Shown here piece after piece: positions 1 to 18,482 of a stretch of DNA of 64,000 bases. The position numbers and the translations under genes were made by a program. The DNA is taken from assembly GCA_963724325.1 (NCBI GenBank), contig CAVRUH010000001.1, forward strand, positions 576,001 to 640,000. Direction: 5' to 3'. The notes under the pieces were generated by a model. The model was not told the origin of the DNA. It saw only the letters and a program-made list of their open reading frames with translations, and ran no database searches. Position 1 is the stretch's first letter. The number at the start of each line of letters is the position of its first letter. The DNA is from Waddliaceae bacterium. GTDB lineage: Bacteria > Chlamydiota > Chlamydiia > Chlamydiales > Waddliaceae.

Positions 1-1278
1 ATAGACCCAATCCTAGTCCTATACTCAATCGTAGCATTTGTCGGCATCTGCTACGCATTAACAGCAATGATCCTCTTCACCAAAGCAAAATTCGTTAAAT
101 CAGAACTCTGCCACATCGACATCAATCACGATCCAAAATTAGAAAAAACTGTCAACGGAGGATCAACCCTACTTTCAACCCTCTCAGCACAAGGGATTAG
201 TGTTCCATCACCCTGCGGAGGCAAAGCAACTTGTCTGCAATGTCGCGTCTGCATCACTGAAGGCGCCGATCCCGCTATCGAAATCGAAAAATCAACCTTT
301 ACAAAAAAAGAAATCAAAGAAGGATGGCGCTTATCCTGCCAGGCAAAAGTAAAACACGACCTTTCAGTTACCATTGACGAATCAGCCTTAGAAATTCGTG
401 AATTCGAAGCGAAAGTCATTAGCAACGAAAATGTTGCTACATTTATTAAAGAACTCATCGTCGAACTTGACGAACCCATTTCCTATCACGCCGGAGAATA
501 TCTCCAATTCCACGTACCACCATTCAAAACCAATACCTCTGAATGGAAGACAACCATGAATCCCAAATTTCTTTCCGATTGGGAGAAATTTAATCTGTTT
601 GAAAGAGAAATCGACTTCAACCACCTTCAAAATGAAGAAGTAATTAGAGCCTATTCAATGGCCTCATACCCACAAGAAGGAAAAATTCTTCGATTCAACA
701 TCCGCATTGCCACTCCACCCTTTGAAAAAGGAAAACTGTCAGAAACAATCCCCTGGGGAATATGCTCGTCTTACACATTTTCTCTAAAACCAGGAGACAA
801 AATCAAGCTCTCCGGCCCCCATGGCGAATCATATATGATCAATGATGACAGAGAACTCATCTTCCTCATAGGTGGCGCAGGATCCTCTTTTGGCCGCAGC
901 CACATTTTACACCTATTCAACACCGAAAACACAAAACGAAAAGTCACCCTCTGGTACGGAGCACGATCGCTCAAAGAAAATATCTATGAAAATGAATATC
1001 GCGAACTAACCCAAAAATTTCCCAATTTCACCTATAATTTAGTCCTATCAGAACCTTTACCCGAAGATATTGAAGCAGGTTGGCCAAAAAATGATCCCAT
1101 AAAAACTGCTTTCCTGTATAAAGCATTTGAACAAGGACAACTAAAAAAAATGAATTATCCAGAAGACTCCCTATTCTTCGTCTGCGGTCCCCCATTACAT
1201 AACAAAGGCGTAATGAAGCTTCTTGACGACTACGGTGTCCCACGAAACAGCATTATACTGGATGATTTTGGTAGTTAA
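1..1278 (+). CDS. nqrF: Na(+)-translocating NADH:quinone reductase subunit F (5' end truncated by window)
   Basis: 2Fe-2S motif SPCGGKATCLQCRV, FAD-binding RAYSMAS, NAD-binding FLIGGAG and CGPP, C-terminal ILDDFGS. The frame is open back to base 1 and encodes a hydrophobic anchor (IDPILVLYSIVAFVGICYALTA). Confidence 0.95.
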   Translation: MDPILVLYSIVAFVGICYALTAMILFTKAKFVKSELCHIDINHDPKLEKTVNGGSTLLSTLSAQGISVPSPCGGKATCLQCRVCITEGADPAIEIEKSTFTKKEIKEGWRLSCQAKVKHDLSVTIDESALEIREFEAKVISNENVATFIKELIVELDEPISYHAGEYLQFHVPPFKTNTSEWKTTMNPKFLSDWEKFNLFEREIDFNHLQNEEVIRAYSMASYPQEGKILRFNIRIATPPFEKGKLSETIPWGICSSYTFSLKPGDKIKLSGPHGESYMINDDRELIFLIGGAGSSFGRSHILHLFNTENTKRKVTLWYGARSLKENIYENEYRELTQKFPNFTYNLVLSEPLPEDIEAGWPKNDPIKTAFLYKAFEQGQLKKMNYPEDSLFFVCGPPLHNKGVMKLLDDYGVPRNSIILDDFGS

Positions 1279-2915
1279 TGAAAATAATATTAGCACAAAT
1301 AAATCCAACAGTAGGGGACTTCCAAGGGAATTGCAAAAAAATTATCAATTCCATCCAAAATGCTCGTAAAAAAGAAGCCGACCTAATCCTATTTTCCGAA
1401 CTCGTTATCTCCGGCTACCCCCCAGAAGACTTCCTCCTCATGACCCACTTCGCCAAAGCCGCAGAAAAATACCTCGAATACATCATCGAAGCCTCAAAAG
1501 ACATCACTGTTATTGTAGGTCTCCCTCGCTTTAACCCCGAAAAAAAAGAAAAATTCCTCTTTAACAGCGCCGCCGTCATAGAAAACGGCATTCTACTTGG
1601 ATATCAAGACAAAGCACTCCTCCCAACATACGATGTCTTCGATGAAATGCGCTATTTTGAACCATCCCTCGAAACCAAAATCTGGAAAATTAAAAAGAAA
1701 AAAGTCGCTATCACTATCTGCGAAGACCTTTGGAAACATAGCGGCCTCGTACCATTCACAGATTATAGACACGATCCAGTCATTGAGCTAAAAAAGCACA
1801 ACATTGACCTGCTCTTAAACCTTTCAGCCTCGCCATATTACGTTTCAAAATTCAATGATAGATTAAAAGTAGCTTCAGATGCTGCCAAAACGCTTAAATG
1901 CCCCGTATTACTTTGCAACCAAGTAGGCGGAAACGACAGCCTCATATTTGACGGATATAGCCTATTTGTCGGAGCCAATGGGACACTCATAAACCACGCA
2001 AAAGGATTTCAAGAAGACGATCTACTCGTCGACCTATCAAAAAAAGAAAATCCAATAATTTTCCCAAGAGATCAAATTCGCGATATCCATAACGCCCTAG
2101 TTCTTGGCTTACGTGACTATTTTAGAAAGCAAGGTTTCACCAAAGCCTGTTTCGGATTGTCCGGCGGAGTCGACTCAGCAGTCGTTGCATGCATTGCTGC
2201 CGAAGCCCTAGGAAAAGAAAATATCATGGCCATCATCATGCCCTCAAGATTTAACGCCGAATCAAGCTCAAACGACGCCATAAAACTCATAAAGAACTTA
2301 GGCATTAACCACACTACTATACCCATAGAAACCCCTTTTCAATCCTTCCTGGACCTGCTAGAACCCCACTTTCAAAATAAATCCTGGGATTCCACAGAAG
2401 AAAACCTCCAAGCCAGAATCCGCGGCATGATCCTTATGGCTTTCTCCAACAAAATGGGCCACATCGTTCTAAGCACAGGTAACAAAAGCGAACTCGCCAT
2501 GGGATACTCTACCCTATACGGCGATATGTGCGGAGGTCTCGGAATCATAAGCGATGTCACTAAAAGACAGGTCTACGCCCTCGCAAATTGGTATAATAGA
2601 GAAAAAGAAATAATTCCTCAAAACATCATCCAAAAAGCCCCCTCAGCTGAACTAAGAGCTAACCAAAAAGACTCCGATTCATTACCCGATTACGAAATCA
2701 TCGACAACATTCTTGATGACTACGTAGTCGAACACCACTCACCCGAAGAAATTTCAGAAAAACACAACTATCCCATAGATTTAGTCATGGATCTAGTACA
2801 ACGCATCCACAGAAATGAATACAAAAGACGCCAAAGCGCACCAGGTCTTCGCATCTCATCCAAGTCATTCTCCGTCGGCCGCCGCTTCCCCATCGTCCAA
2901 AAATGGATCTCCTAA
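1278..2915 (+). CDS. nadE: Glutamine-dependent NAD+ synthetase
   Basis: N-terminal nitrilase-fold domain (ICEDLW, LLPTYDVFDE); synthetase motifs GLSGGVDS, ENLQARIRG, GYSTLYGD, NEYKRRQ. Confidence 0.95.
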   Translation: MKIILAQINPTVGDFQGNCKKIINSIQNARKKEADLILFSELVISGYPPEDFLLMTHFAKAAEKYLEYIIEASKDITVIVGLPRFNPEKKEKFLFNSAAVIENGILLGYQDKALLPTYDVFDEMRYFEPSLETKIWKIKKKKVAITICEDLWKHSGLVPFTDYRHDPVIELKKHNIDLLLNLSASPYYVSKFNDRLKVASDAAKTLKCPVLLCNQVGGNDSLIFDGYSLFVGANGTLINHAKGFQEDDLLVDLSKKENPIIFPRDQIRDIHNALVLGLRDYFRKQGFTKACFGLSGGVDSAVVACIAAEALGKENIMAIIMPSRFNAESSSNDAIKLIKNLGINHTTIPIETPFQSFLDLLEPHFQNKSWDSTEENLQARIRGMILMAFSNKMGHIVLSTGNKSELAMGYSTLYGDMCGGLGIISDVTKRQVYALANWYNREKEIIPQNIIQKAPSAELRANQKDSDSLPDYEIIDNILDDYVVEHHSPEEISEKHNYPIDLVMDLVQRIHRNEYKRRQSAPGLRISSKSFSVGRRFPIVQKWIS

Positions 2916-2936
2916 AAACCTAAACATTATCAACCT

Positions 2937-3167
2937 GCCAACATCATGCTTATCCCATACGCATCAACCCCTTGTTAACCTCCCTGCAAAAGGAAAACAG
3001 GATATGAAGGATTATAGGAAGATGATGTCAATTACTTTTTATTTTAAAGCAGGGTAAGAAGTTACAATATCATACATATCCTGCCGCTTGCGATCCTTCA
3101 TATCCTGTTTTCCTTTTGCAGGGAGGTTAACAAGGGGTTGATGCACATAGGATAAGCATGATATGGC
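2937..3167. repeat. Long palindromic MITE/REP-like element, copy 1, between convergent nadE and epmA
   Basis: Inverted arms of ~70 bp (2943-3012 and 3093-3162, perfect core 2961-3012/3093-3144). An inverted near-identical copy lies at 59382-59544. Confidence 0.9.
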
Positions 3168-3187
3168 GAAAATAGTATTATTTATGT

Positions 3188-4132
3188 TTATTTTTCGGAT
3201 AATGGAAGGATCTCAGCAATATCATCAACACCGTGACGCAACATCATCAACCTGTCAAAACCCACCGCCACACCACAACAGTCGTCAAGACCCTTTTCTA
3301 AAGCAGCCAAGAAAAGCTCATCAATCGGTAAAGGATCTTTTCCCAACTTCTCGCGGTGCTTATTAGCACCAATCAATCGCTTTCGCTGCTCCGTAGCATT
3401 CGTTAACTCATGATATCCATTAGCTAACTCATACCCCTTATAGAAAACCTCGAACCGCTCCGCAACCTTAGCCCCATCCTTTACACAAGTCTTTGATAAC
3501 ATCGACTGCGACGCAGGAAAATAATTCATCACAAAAATTTCGTTCAAACCCAAATTAGGCTCTATCACAACACCCAAAATTAAGTTCAAATACGCATCTC
3601 GACCCTCTTCCATAATATTCTGATAAGGGTCCACCCCCTTATCTCTAAGAAACTGCAAAAGCTTTTTCTCCGTATCTTTGCGATAATCTATTCCAGCATA
3701 TTTCTTAAAAACTTCCTCATAAGACATCTCAACAACAGGAAGTTTCCCAAGAAAAAGTCGAATATAATTCACAGTCTCCTCAATCATCTGAGAAAAAGTA
3801 AACCCAAACCGATACCACTCAGCCATCGTAAACTCAGTGCTGTGCCGCATACTATACTCATTGTCTCGAAAAACATGCCCCAACTGATAAATATCACCCA
3901 TCCCATCCACCAAAAGACGCTTCATAGCATATTCTGGAGAAGAATGCAAATAATGAGTCTCAGGAGGAGTCCCCGCATAAGCTCTCACCAAATCAATATG
4001 AATATCAACCGAAGCAAATCGACTCATCATAGGACAATCCACTTCACAAACACCCCTTTCAGAAAAAAACTCACGCGAAGTTCTTAACATATCAGCACGA
4101 TCGCGAAGTAATTTCACCTTATGCGGCGCCAT
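3188..4132 (-). CDS. epmA: EF-P lysine aminoacylase EpmA (PoxA/GenX)
   Basis: YLHSSPEYAMKRLL, HSTEFTMAEWY, ELANGYHEL, GVAVGFDRL; directly downstream of efp. Start moved to ATG 4132 to avoid overlapping efp. Confidence 0.93.
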   Translation of the reverse strand: MAPHKVKLLRDRADMLRTSREFFSERGVCEVDCPMMSRFASVDIHIDLVRAYAGTPPETHYLHSSPEYAMKRLLVDGMGDIYQLGHVFRDNEYSMRHSTEFTMAEWYRFGFTFSQMIEETVNYIRLFLGKLPVVEMSYEEVFKKYAGIDYRKDTEKKLLQFLRDKGVDPYQNIMEEGRDAYLNLILGVVIEPNLGLNEIFVMNYFPASQSMLSKTCVKDGAKVAERFEVFYKGYELANGYHELTNATEQRKRLIGANKHREKLGKDPLPIDELFLAALEKGLDDCCGVAVGFDRLMMLRHGVDDIAEILPLSEK

Positions 4133-4142
4133 TCCAACATAA

Positions 4143-4715
4143 TTACGCGGAAATACGAGAGACATATTCACCTGTTCGAGTGTCCACTTTAATCGTTTCA
4201 CCTTCTTTAACAAAAATTGGGACCTGAATCGTTACCCCGCTTTCTAATTCGGCAGGCTTCAAAACACGCCCTGAAACAGTATTTCCTCTATCCCCCTGAT
4301 CAGTCTTTACAATCTTAAGCTCCATAAACGTAGGCGGCTGCACAGAAATAATCTCGCCATTATATAACAAAATCGAATAAAGACGATCCTCAACCAACCA
4401 CTGATTTACATCCGCAACCCGCTCAAATGGAATCTTAACCTGCTCAAAGGACTTCTCATCCATCATTACAACCCCATCCTGCTCACGGTACAACACTCTC
4501 ATCTCAGTTTCAAGAATGTCTGCTAAATCAGCCTTGTCGCCCGATTTAAATGTTTTGTCCATCACACGTCCAGTTGTCAAATGCTTCAATCTAACACGAT
4601 TAAATGACTGCCCCTTCCCGGGCTTAACAAATTCATTACTAATTACGGAGTAAGGTTGCCCCTCAATCTCCAACTTCATTCCAGCCTTAAATTCATTCGT
4701 ACTAACTTGTGCCAT
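4143..4715 (-). CDS. efp: Translation elongation factor P
   Basis: FVKPGKGQ loop, KPAELESG, VPIFVKEGETIKVDTRTGEYVSR. Confidence 0.97.
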   Translation of the reverse strand: MAQVSTNEFKAGMKLEIEGQPYSVISNEFVKPGKGQSFNRVRLKHLTTGRVMDKTFKSGDKADLADILETEMRVLYREQDGVVMMDEKSFEQVKIPFERVADVNQWLVEDRLYSILLYNGEIISVQPPTFMELKIVKTDQGDRGNTVSGRVLKPAELESGVTIQVPIFVKEGETIKVDTRTGEYVSRISA

Positions 4716-4778
4716 ATTCTCCTCACTAGATTAATGTTGCTCTGAAGTATAACAAAAAAAAAGACATATACACAATCC

Positions 4779-5549
4779 CTAAATCACTGAAATGATAACC
4801 GCCCAACTTAAATTCCATATAAGATACATTAACCAATTCCTGCCAACATTTGGACCACCCTCGCTTAAGTTTTGCAACCTCTCTAAATTAAAATTAAAGC
4901 CCCCCTTCACTTTCTGCTCTTCAAAAATATGACTTTCTAAAGAAATTTCCTCATTAGCCCATTCAACCACCAAATAACGACCCCACGCTTCCTCCAACTG
5001 TCTTCTCTGTTCTAATATTCCACCGGTTAAAGCACCACTGCCATAACGCTCTATCAAACTCGATTCTGAAGGAAACAATAACTCATCCCTATTACGTCCA
5101 ACTCCATCAGATCCTCTATCCAAATACCCCAAAAAAACAACAATAGGTATCAACCACACCACCCGCCTAGATCCCTCAACCCTCAATAATAAACATATAG
5201 GAATCACAACCGATAACAAAACCCACGCCCTCGTAAATACCGGCAACCCCACCAGTAATATCTCCATCGAACGAATAAATCGATCAGCAAAGGAAACCTC
5301 TAACCTCTTCTGCAATTCCATATATTTTCCTTCTAATAAAAACCTCTCCTCTAAAGGCAGGAATTCATAACGCTCATCATCCATCACAGTCTCATATCTC
5401 AACTTTCCCGCCTTCACATCATATACCTCACCCAAAAAAGGATGCCCACCAACCCAAATCACATACGAAAATACAATGCATAACTGAATTATTGCCAACA
5501 CCCGTTGTCCAGTGGGTAAAAACGTTCCTTCGCAAATCGCCTTTTTCAT
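4779..5549 (-). CDS. Hypothetical integral membrane protein
   Basis: Long ORF with about 4 hydrophobic segments; no family recognised; start uncertain (5549 or 5576). Confidence 0.7.
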   Translation of the reverse strand: MKKAICEGTFLPTGQRVLAIIQLCIVFSYVIWVGGHPFLGEVYDVKAGKLRYETVMDDERYEFLPLEERFLLEGKYMELQKRLEVSFADRFIRSMEILLVGLPVFTRAWVLLSVVIPICLLLRVEGSRRVVWLIPIVVFLGYLDRGSDGVGRNRDELLFPSESSLIERYGSGALTGGILEQRRQLEEAWGRYLVVEWANEEISLESHIFEEQKVKGGFNFNLERLQNLSEGGPNVGRNWLMYLIWNLSWAVIISVI

Positions 5550-5764
5550 ACTCAAAACCTCCCAAAAATTGATCAAAAAAATGAGAATAAACGATCCGAA
5601 AATTGAAGAAACGAAAAATTTTCGAAAAAATTTCGATTTTTTTTTCAGAAAGTTTTTTCTACAAAAAATATATTCTCAATATATTCAGAACATGTATTTA
5701 CAAATTGCAAAATGGTTAAAAAATGACAATAAATTATTTTTTTTGGAAAAAATGTAAAAAGGGG

Positions 5765-5794
5765 TTGCGAAAATAATCTCATGTGGGACATAAT
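5765..5794 (+). promoter_or_regulatory. Putative sigma66 promoter of rRNA operon 1
   Basis: TTGCGA-18 bp-CATAAT with an A/T-rich upstream tract. Both hexamers are conserved upstream of operon 2 while the spacer differs. Confidence 0.6.
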
Positions 5795-5984
5795 CTGGCC
5801 ATCTTTTTAGTAAATCTGATGATAAAGTAGAAAGATGAAGACAGTGCCAAAGAGCACTGAAGTTGTTTTGACAGTGATAGAAAGGTAATGTGCAAACCAT
5901 GAAGAGCTTGTGTGTGAGACTCAATTTATTGAGTACACATATTCTCTATCAAATTTTATTATATCAAGTTTTCATAGAGTTTTT

Positions 5985-7541
<1,557 letters not shown>

Positions 7542-7775
7542 AAGGACAATAGGCACAGTTTCATTACAGTGTCCTATGGTTGAGGCAAGCCTTTATGATG
7601 CACATTACCCTCCTTTCACTGTCAAAATAATACATATCTCGAAAGTCAATAGAAATAATACTCCTCAGGCTCCGTTTGCTACTCAAACAGAACCCGAGGA
7701 GTAAACAAGTAACACTGATAATAATCGACGCTTGAGGAATATTCCTCAGCATCACACACATCAAATGTTTTTTAT

Positions 7776-10720
<2,945 letters not shown>

Positions 10721-10806
10721 TTTATTTTTTTGATGTTTGGGAGAGCTGATAAAGCCTCAAGCGTCGTTTACTATCAATGTCACATTTCTATTGACAATCG
10801 AGCTTT

Positions 10807-10922
10807 GCTTGGTGGCTATGGAGAAGGGGGTACACCTGAACCCTTTCCGAACTCAGAAGTTAAGCCCTTCATCGCCAATGGTACTATACACAAGAGTATG
10901 GGAGAGTAGGACGCCGCCAAGC
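10807..10922 (+). rRNA. rrf: 5S rRNA (operon 1)
   Basis: Terminal helix GCTTGGTGGC...GCCGCCAAGC; CCGAACTCAGAAGTTAAG; GGGAGAGTAGG. Confidence 0.96.
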
Positions 10923-10932
10923 TTTTTTTTCC

Positions 10933-10969
10933 GGACGAGACGAACAATGTTCATCTCGTCCTTTTTTTT
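10933..10969 (+). terminator. Rho-independent terminator of rRNA operon 1
   Basis: GGACGAGA...TCTCGTCC hairpin followed by a T8 run. Confidence 0.85.
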
Positions 10970-10978
10970 GCCCAAAAA

Positions 10979-11705
10979 TATGGACTTTATGGACAAGACA
11001 AATGGACGATATGGACAGTTATGGACTTTATGGACAAGACAAATGGATGATATGGACAGTTATGGACTTTATGGACAAGAAGAATGGACAGTATGGACAG
11101 TTATGGACATTAATGGACAATACAGATGGACAAGTCGTCCATATCGTCCATCCTTCTTGTCCATAAAGTCCCTAACTGTCCATACTGTCCATTCTTCCGG
11201 TCCATAAAGTCCATAATCGACAATTAAGGACACTAATGGACTTTATGGATAATGCAGATGGACAATTCGTCCATATCGTCCATCCTTCTTGTCCATAAAG
11301 TCCATAACTGTCCATACCGTCCATTCTTCCGGTCCATAAAGTCAATAATCGACAATTAAGGACACTCATGGACTTTATGGACAATGCAGATGAACAATTT
11401 GTCCATATCGTCTATCCTTCTTGTCCATAAAGTCCATAACTGTCCATACTGTCCATTCTTCCGGTCCATAAAGTCCATAATCGACAATTAAGGACACTAA
11501 TGGACTTTATGGACAATACAGATGGACAATTCATCCATATCGTCCATCCTTCTTGTCCATAAAGTCCATAACTGTCCATACCGTCCATTCTTCCGGTCCA
11601 TAAAGTCCATAATCGACAATTAAGGACACTCATGGACTTTATGGACAATGCAGATGAACAATTTGTCCATATCGTCCACCCTTCTTGTCCATAAAGTCCA
11701 TAATG
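10979..11705. repeat. ATGGAC/GTCCAT composite repeat array containing ~4.5 copies of a 132-bp unit
   Basis: Dozens of ~9-nt TATGGACxx / xxGTCCATA units in both orientations. Marker ATCGACAATTAAGGACACT recurs at 11216, 11348, 11480 and 11612 (period 132). Confidence 0.95.
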
Positions 11706-12148
11706 TCTATCTTTGCGGTCTATAACTGCCCATATCATAACATCCTTCCGGTCCCATATACATCAACCTAAAATATTTTTTACCATTGAGATCACCGAAA
11801 GCGCAAGAGAGGTCATTAAATGTAAAATAGTTCTCTCTGCTATCTCTGTTTTCTCAGTGTGCTCGGTGTTATTTTAGATGGGTGCATATGCCTTCCTGTC
11901 CCTAAAGTCCATACCGTCCCTCTCCTTTCCTATCCATAATCGCCCATCTTTTTCAGCCCATTTCATCCATTTTTCTCATCTATTTTATGTATCTACCCCT
12001 TTTTTATAACAATTTTCCCTTCTCCAAATAATTTATAAACTTTTTTATAAAACACTTCCACAATATATCCACAGTATGATTCATATTGTATAAAAATATT
12101 TAAAAAATGACAAGAAATTATTTTTTTTCGAAAAATTGCAAAAAGAGG

Positions 12149-12178
12149 TTGCGAAAATAATCCCAGGTCGGACATAAT
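12149..12178 (+). promoter_or_regulatory. Putative sigma66 promoter of rRNA operon 2
   Basis: TTGCGA-18 bp-CATAAT; the downstream leader matches that of operon 1. Confidence 0.6.
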
Positions 12179-12368
12179 GTGGCCATCTTTTTAGTAAATC
12201 TGATGATAAAGTAGAAAGATGAAGACAGTGCCAAAGAGCACTGAAGTTGTTTTGACAGTGATAGAAAGGTAATGTGCAAACCATGAAGAGCTTGTGTGTG
12301 AGACTCAATTTATTGAGTACACATATTCTCTATCAAATTTTATTATATCAAGTTTTCATAGAGTTTTT

Positions 12369-13927
<1,559 letters not shown>

Positions 13928-14159
13928 AAGGACAATAGGCACGTTTCATTACAGTGTCCTATGGTTGAGGCAAGCCTTTATGATGCACATTACCCTCCTC
14001 TCACTGTCAAGATAATACATATCTCGAAAGTCAATAGAAATAATAATACCTCAGGACTCGTTTGCTACTCAAACAGAGCCCAAGGAGTAAACTAGTAACA
14101 CTGACAATAATCGACGCTTGAGGAATATTCCTCAGCATCACACACATCATGTTTTTTAT

Positions 14160-17108
<2,949 letters not shown>

Positions 17109-17194
17109 TTTATTTTTTTGATGTTTGGGAGAGCTGATAAAGCCTCAAGCGTCGTTTACTATCAATGTCACATTTCTATTGACAATCGAGCTTT

Positions 17195-17310
17195 GCTTGG
17201 TGGCTATGGAGAAGGGGGTACACCTGAACCCTTTCCGAACTCAGAAGTTAAGCCCTTCATCGCCAATGGTACTATACACAAGAGTATGGGAGAGTAGGAC
17301 GCCGCCAAGC
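17195..17310 (+). rRNA. rrf: 5S rRNA (operon 2)
   Basis: Matches 10807-10922. Confidence 0.96.
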
Positions 17311-17320
17311 TTTTTTTTCC

Positions 17321-17357
17321 GGACGAGACGAACAATGTTCATCTCGTCCTTTTTTTT
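17321..17357 (+). terminator. Rho-independent terminator of rRNA operon 2
   Basis: Same hairpin and T-run as operon 1. Confidence 0.85.
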
Positions 17358-17366
17358 GCCCAAAAA

Positions 17367-17691
17367 TATGGACTTTATGGACAAGACAAATGGACGATAT
17401 GGACAGTTATGGACTTTATGGACAAGAAGAATGGACAGTATGGACAGTTATGGACTTTATGGACAATGCAGATGGACAATTCGTCCATCCTTTTTGTCCA
17501 TAAAGTCCATAACTGTCCATACCGTCCATTCTTCCGGTCCATAAAGTCCATAATCGACAATTATGGACACTAATGGACTTTATGGACAATGCAGATGGAC
17601 AATTCGTCCATATCGTCCATCCTTCTTGTCCATACCGTCCATAACTGTCCATACCGTCCATTCTTCCGGTCCATAAAGTCCATAATCGTCC
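17367..17691. repeat. Shorter ATGGAC/GTCCAT composite repeat array
   Basis: Same units as 10979-11705 but only about 2 higher-order modules. Confidence 0.93.
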
Positions 17692-17739
17692 TTTTCTTTT
17701 TCTTTTCTTTATTTGCACAATTTGGTACAATCTTTACAA

Positions 17740-18465
17740 ATGTCACATAAATCTGCACAATATATCATGGGGAAGAACACAATACGCGAACTTCTCCGCT
17801 CTTCACCAGAAAGGATTATCGAAGTCTTTTCCTCCAATCCTAAAGATGATCTCTATAACGAACTCACAAAAAATCGAGTTGCTGTACGAGATACTCCTAA
17901 AGGGAAACTCACAGAAATGGTAAATACAGACTCACATCAGGGCATAGTGGCCTCAATCAAACAAAGACCCCTAACAGACCTAAAGGAATTTTTATCTTCA
18001 CCCAAGTCGAAAAGCCTCGTCGTTGTATTAGACTCTATTTATGATCCGCAAAATTTGGGAACTATCTTGCGCGCATCTGAATGCTTTGGAGTCGATCTTG
18101 TCGTCTACTCGAAAAATCGAGGCACTGACATCACCCCAGTGGTCAGTAAGGCGAGCTCCGGAGCCACGGAATTGGTCCCAATATGCAAAGTGTCGAATCT
18201 TGCAGAGACCATTAAGCAATTCCAAGAAGCAGGTTATTGGGCTGTTGTGGCTGAGGCTGGAGAAAAATCTACCTCTCTTTATGATTTTAAATTTCCCGAA
18301 AAAACAGTACTTGTAATGGGTTCCGAAGGAGAAGGGGTGCAGCCGCTTATAAGCAAAAATTCAGATTTTCATTTATATATTCCGATGTTGGGTCGCATTG
18401 ATTCGTTGAATGTCTCACAGGCAGCAGCAGTCTTTCTTGCGCACTTTCGTCAAAACAAACAATAA
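17740..18465 (+). CDS. rlmB: 23S rRNA (guanosine-2'-O)-methyltransferase RlmB (SpoU/TrmH family)
   Basis: SHQGIVA, LDSIYDPQNLGTILR, VMGSEGEG, IPMLGRIDSLNVSQA. Confidence 0.92.
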   Translation: MSHKSAQYIMGKNTIRELLRSSPERIIEVFSSNPKDDLYNELTKNRVAVRDTPKGKLTEMVNTDSHQGIVASIKQRPLTDLKEFLSSPKSKSLVVVLDSIYDPQNLGTILRASECFGVDLVVYSKNRGTDITPVVSKASSGATELVPICKVSNLAETIKQFQEAGYWAVVAEAGEKSTSLYDFKFPEKTVLVMGSEGEGVQPLISKNSDFHLYIPMLGRIDSLNVSQAAAVFLAHFRQNKQ

Positions 18466-18482
18466 AAACAGGAGCAATTTAG

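Noticed and set aside
7542..7775. tRNA genes in the 16S-23S spacer
   Set aside because: No cloverleaf or T-loop found; tRNA-less spacers are normal for Chlamydiae.
10979..11705. CRISPR array
   Set aside because: Units are wholly repetitive with no unique spacers, occur in both orientations, and no cas genes are in the window.
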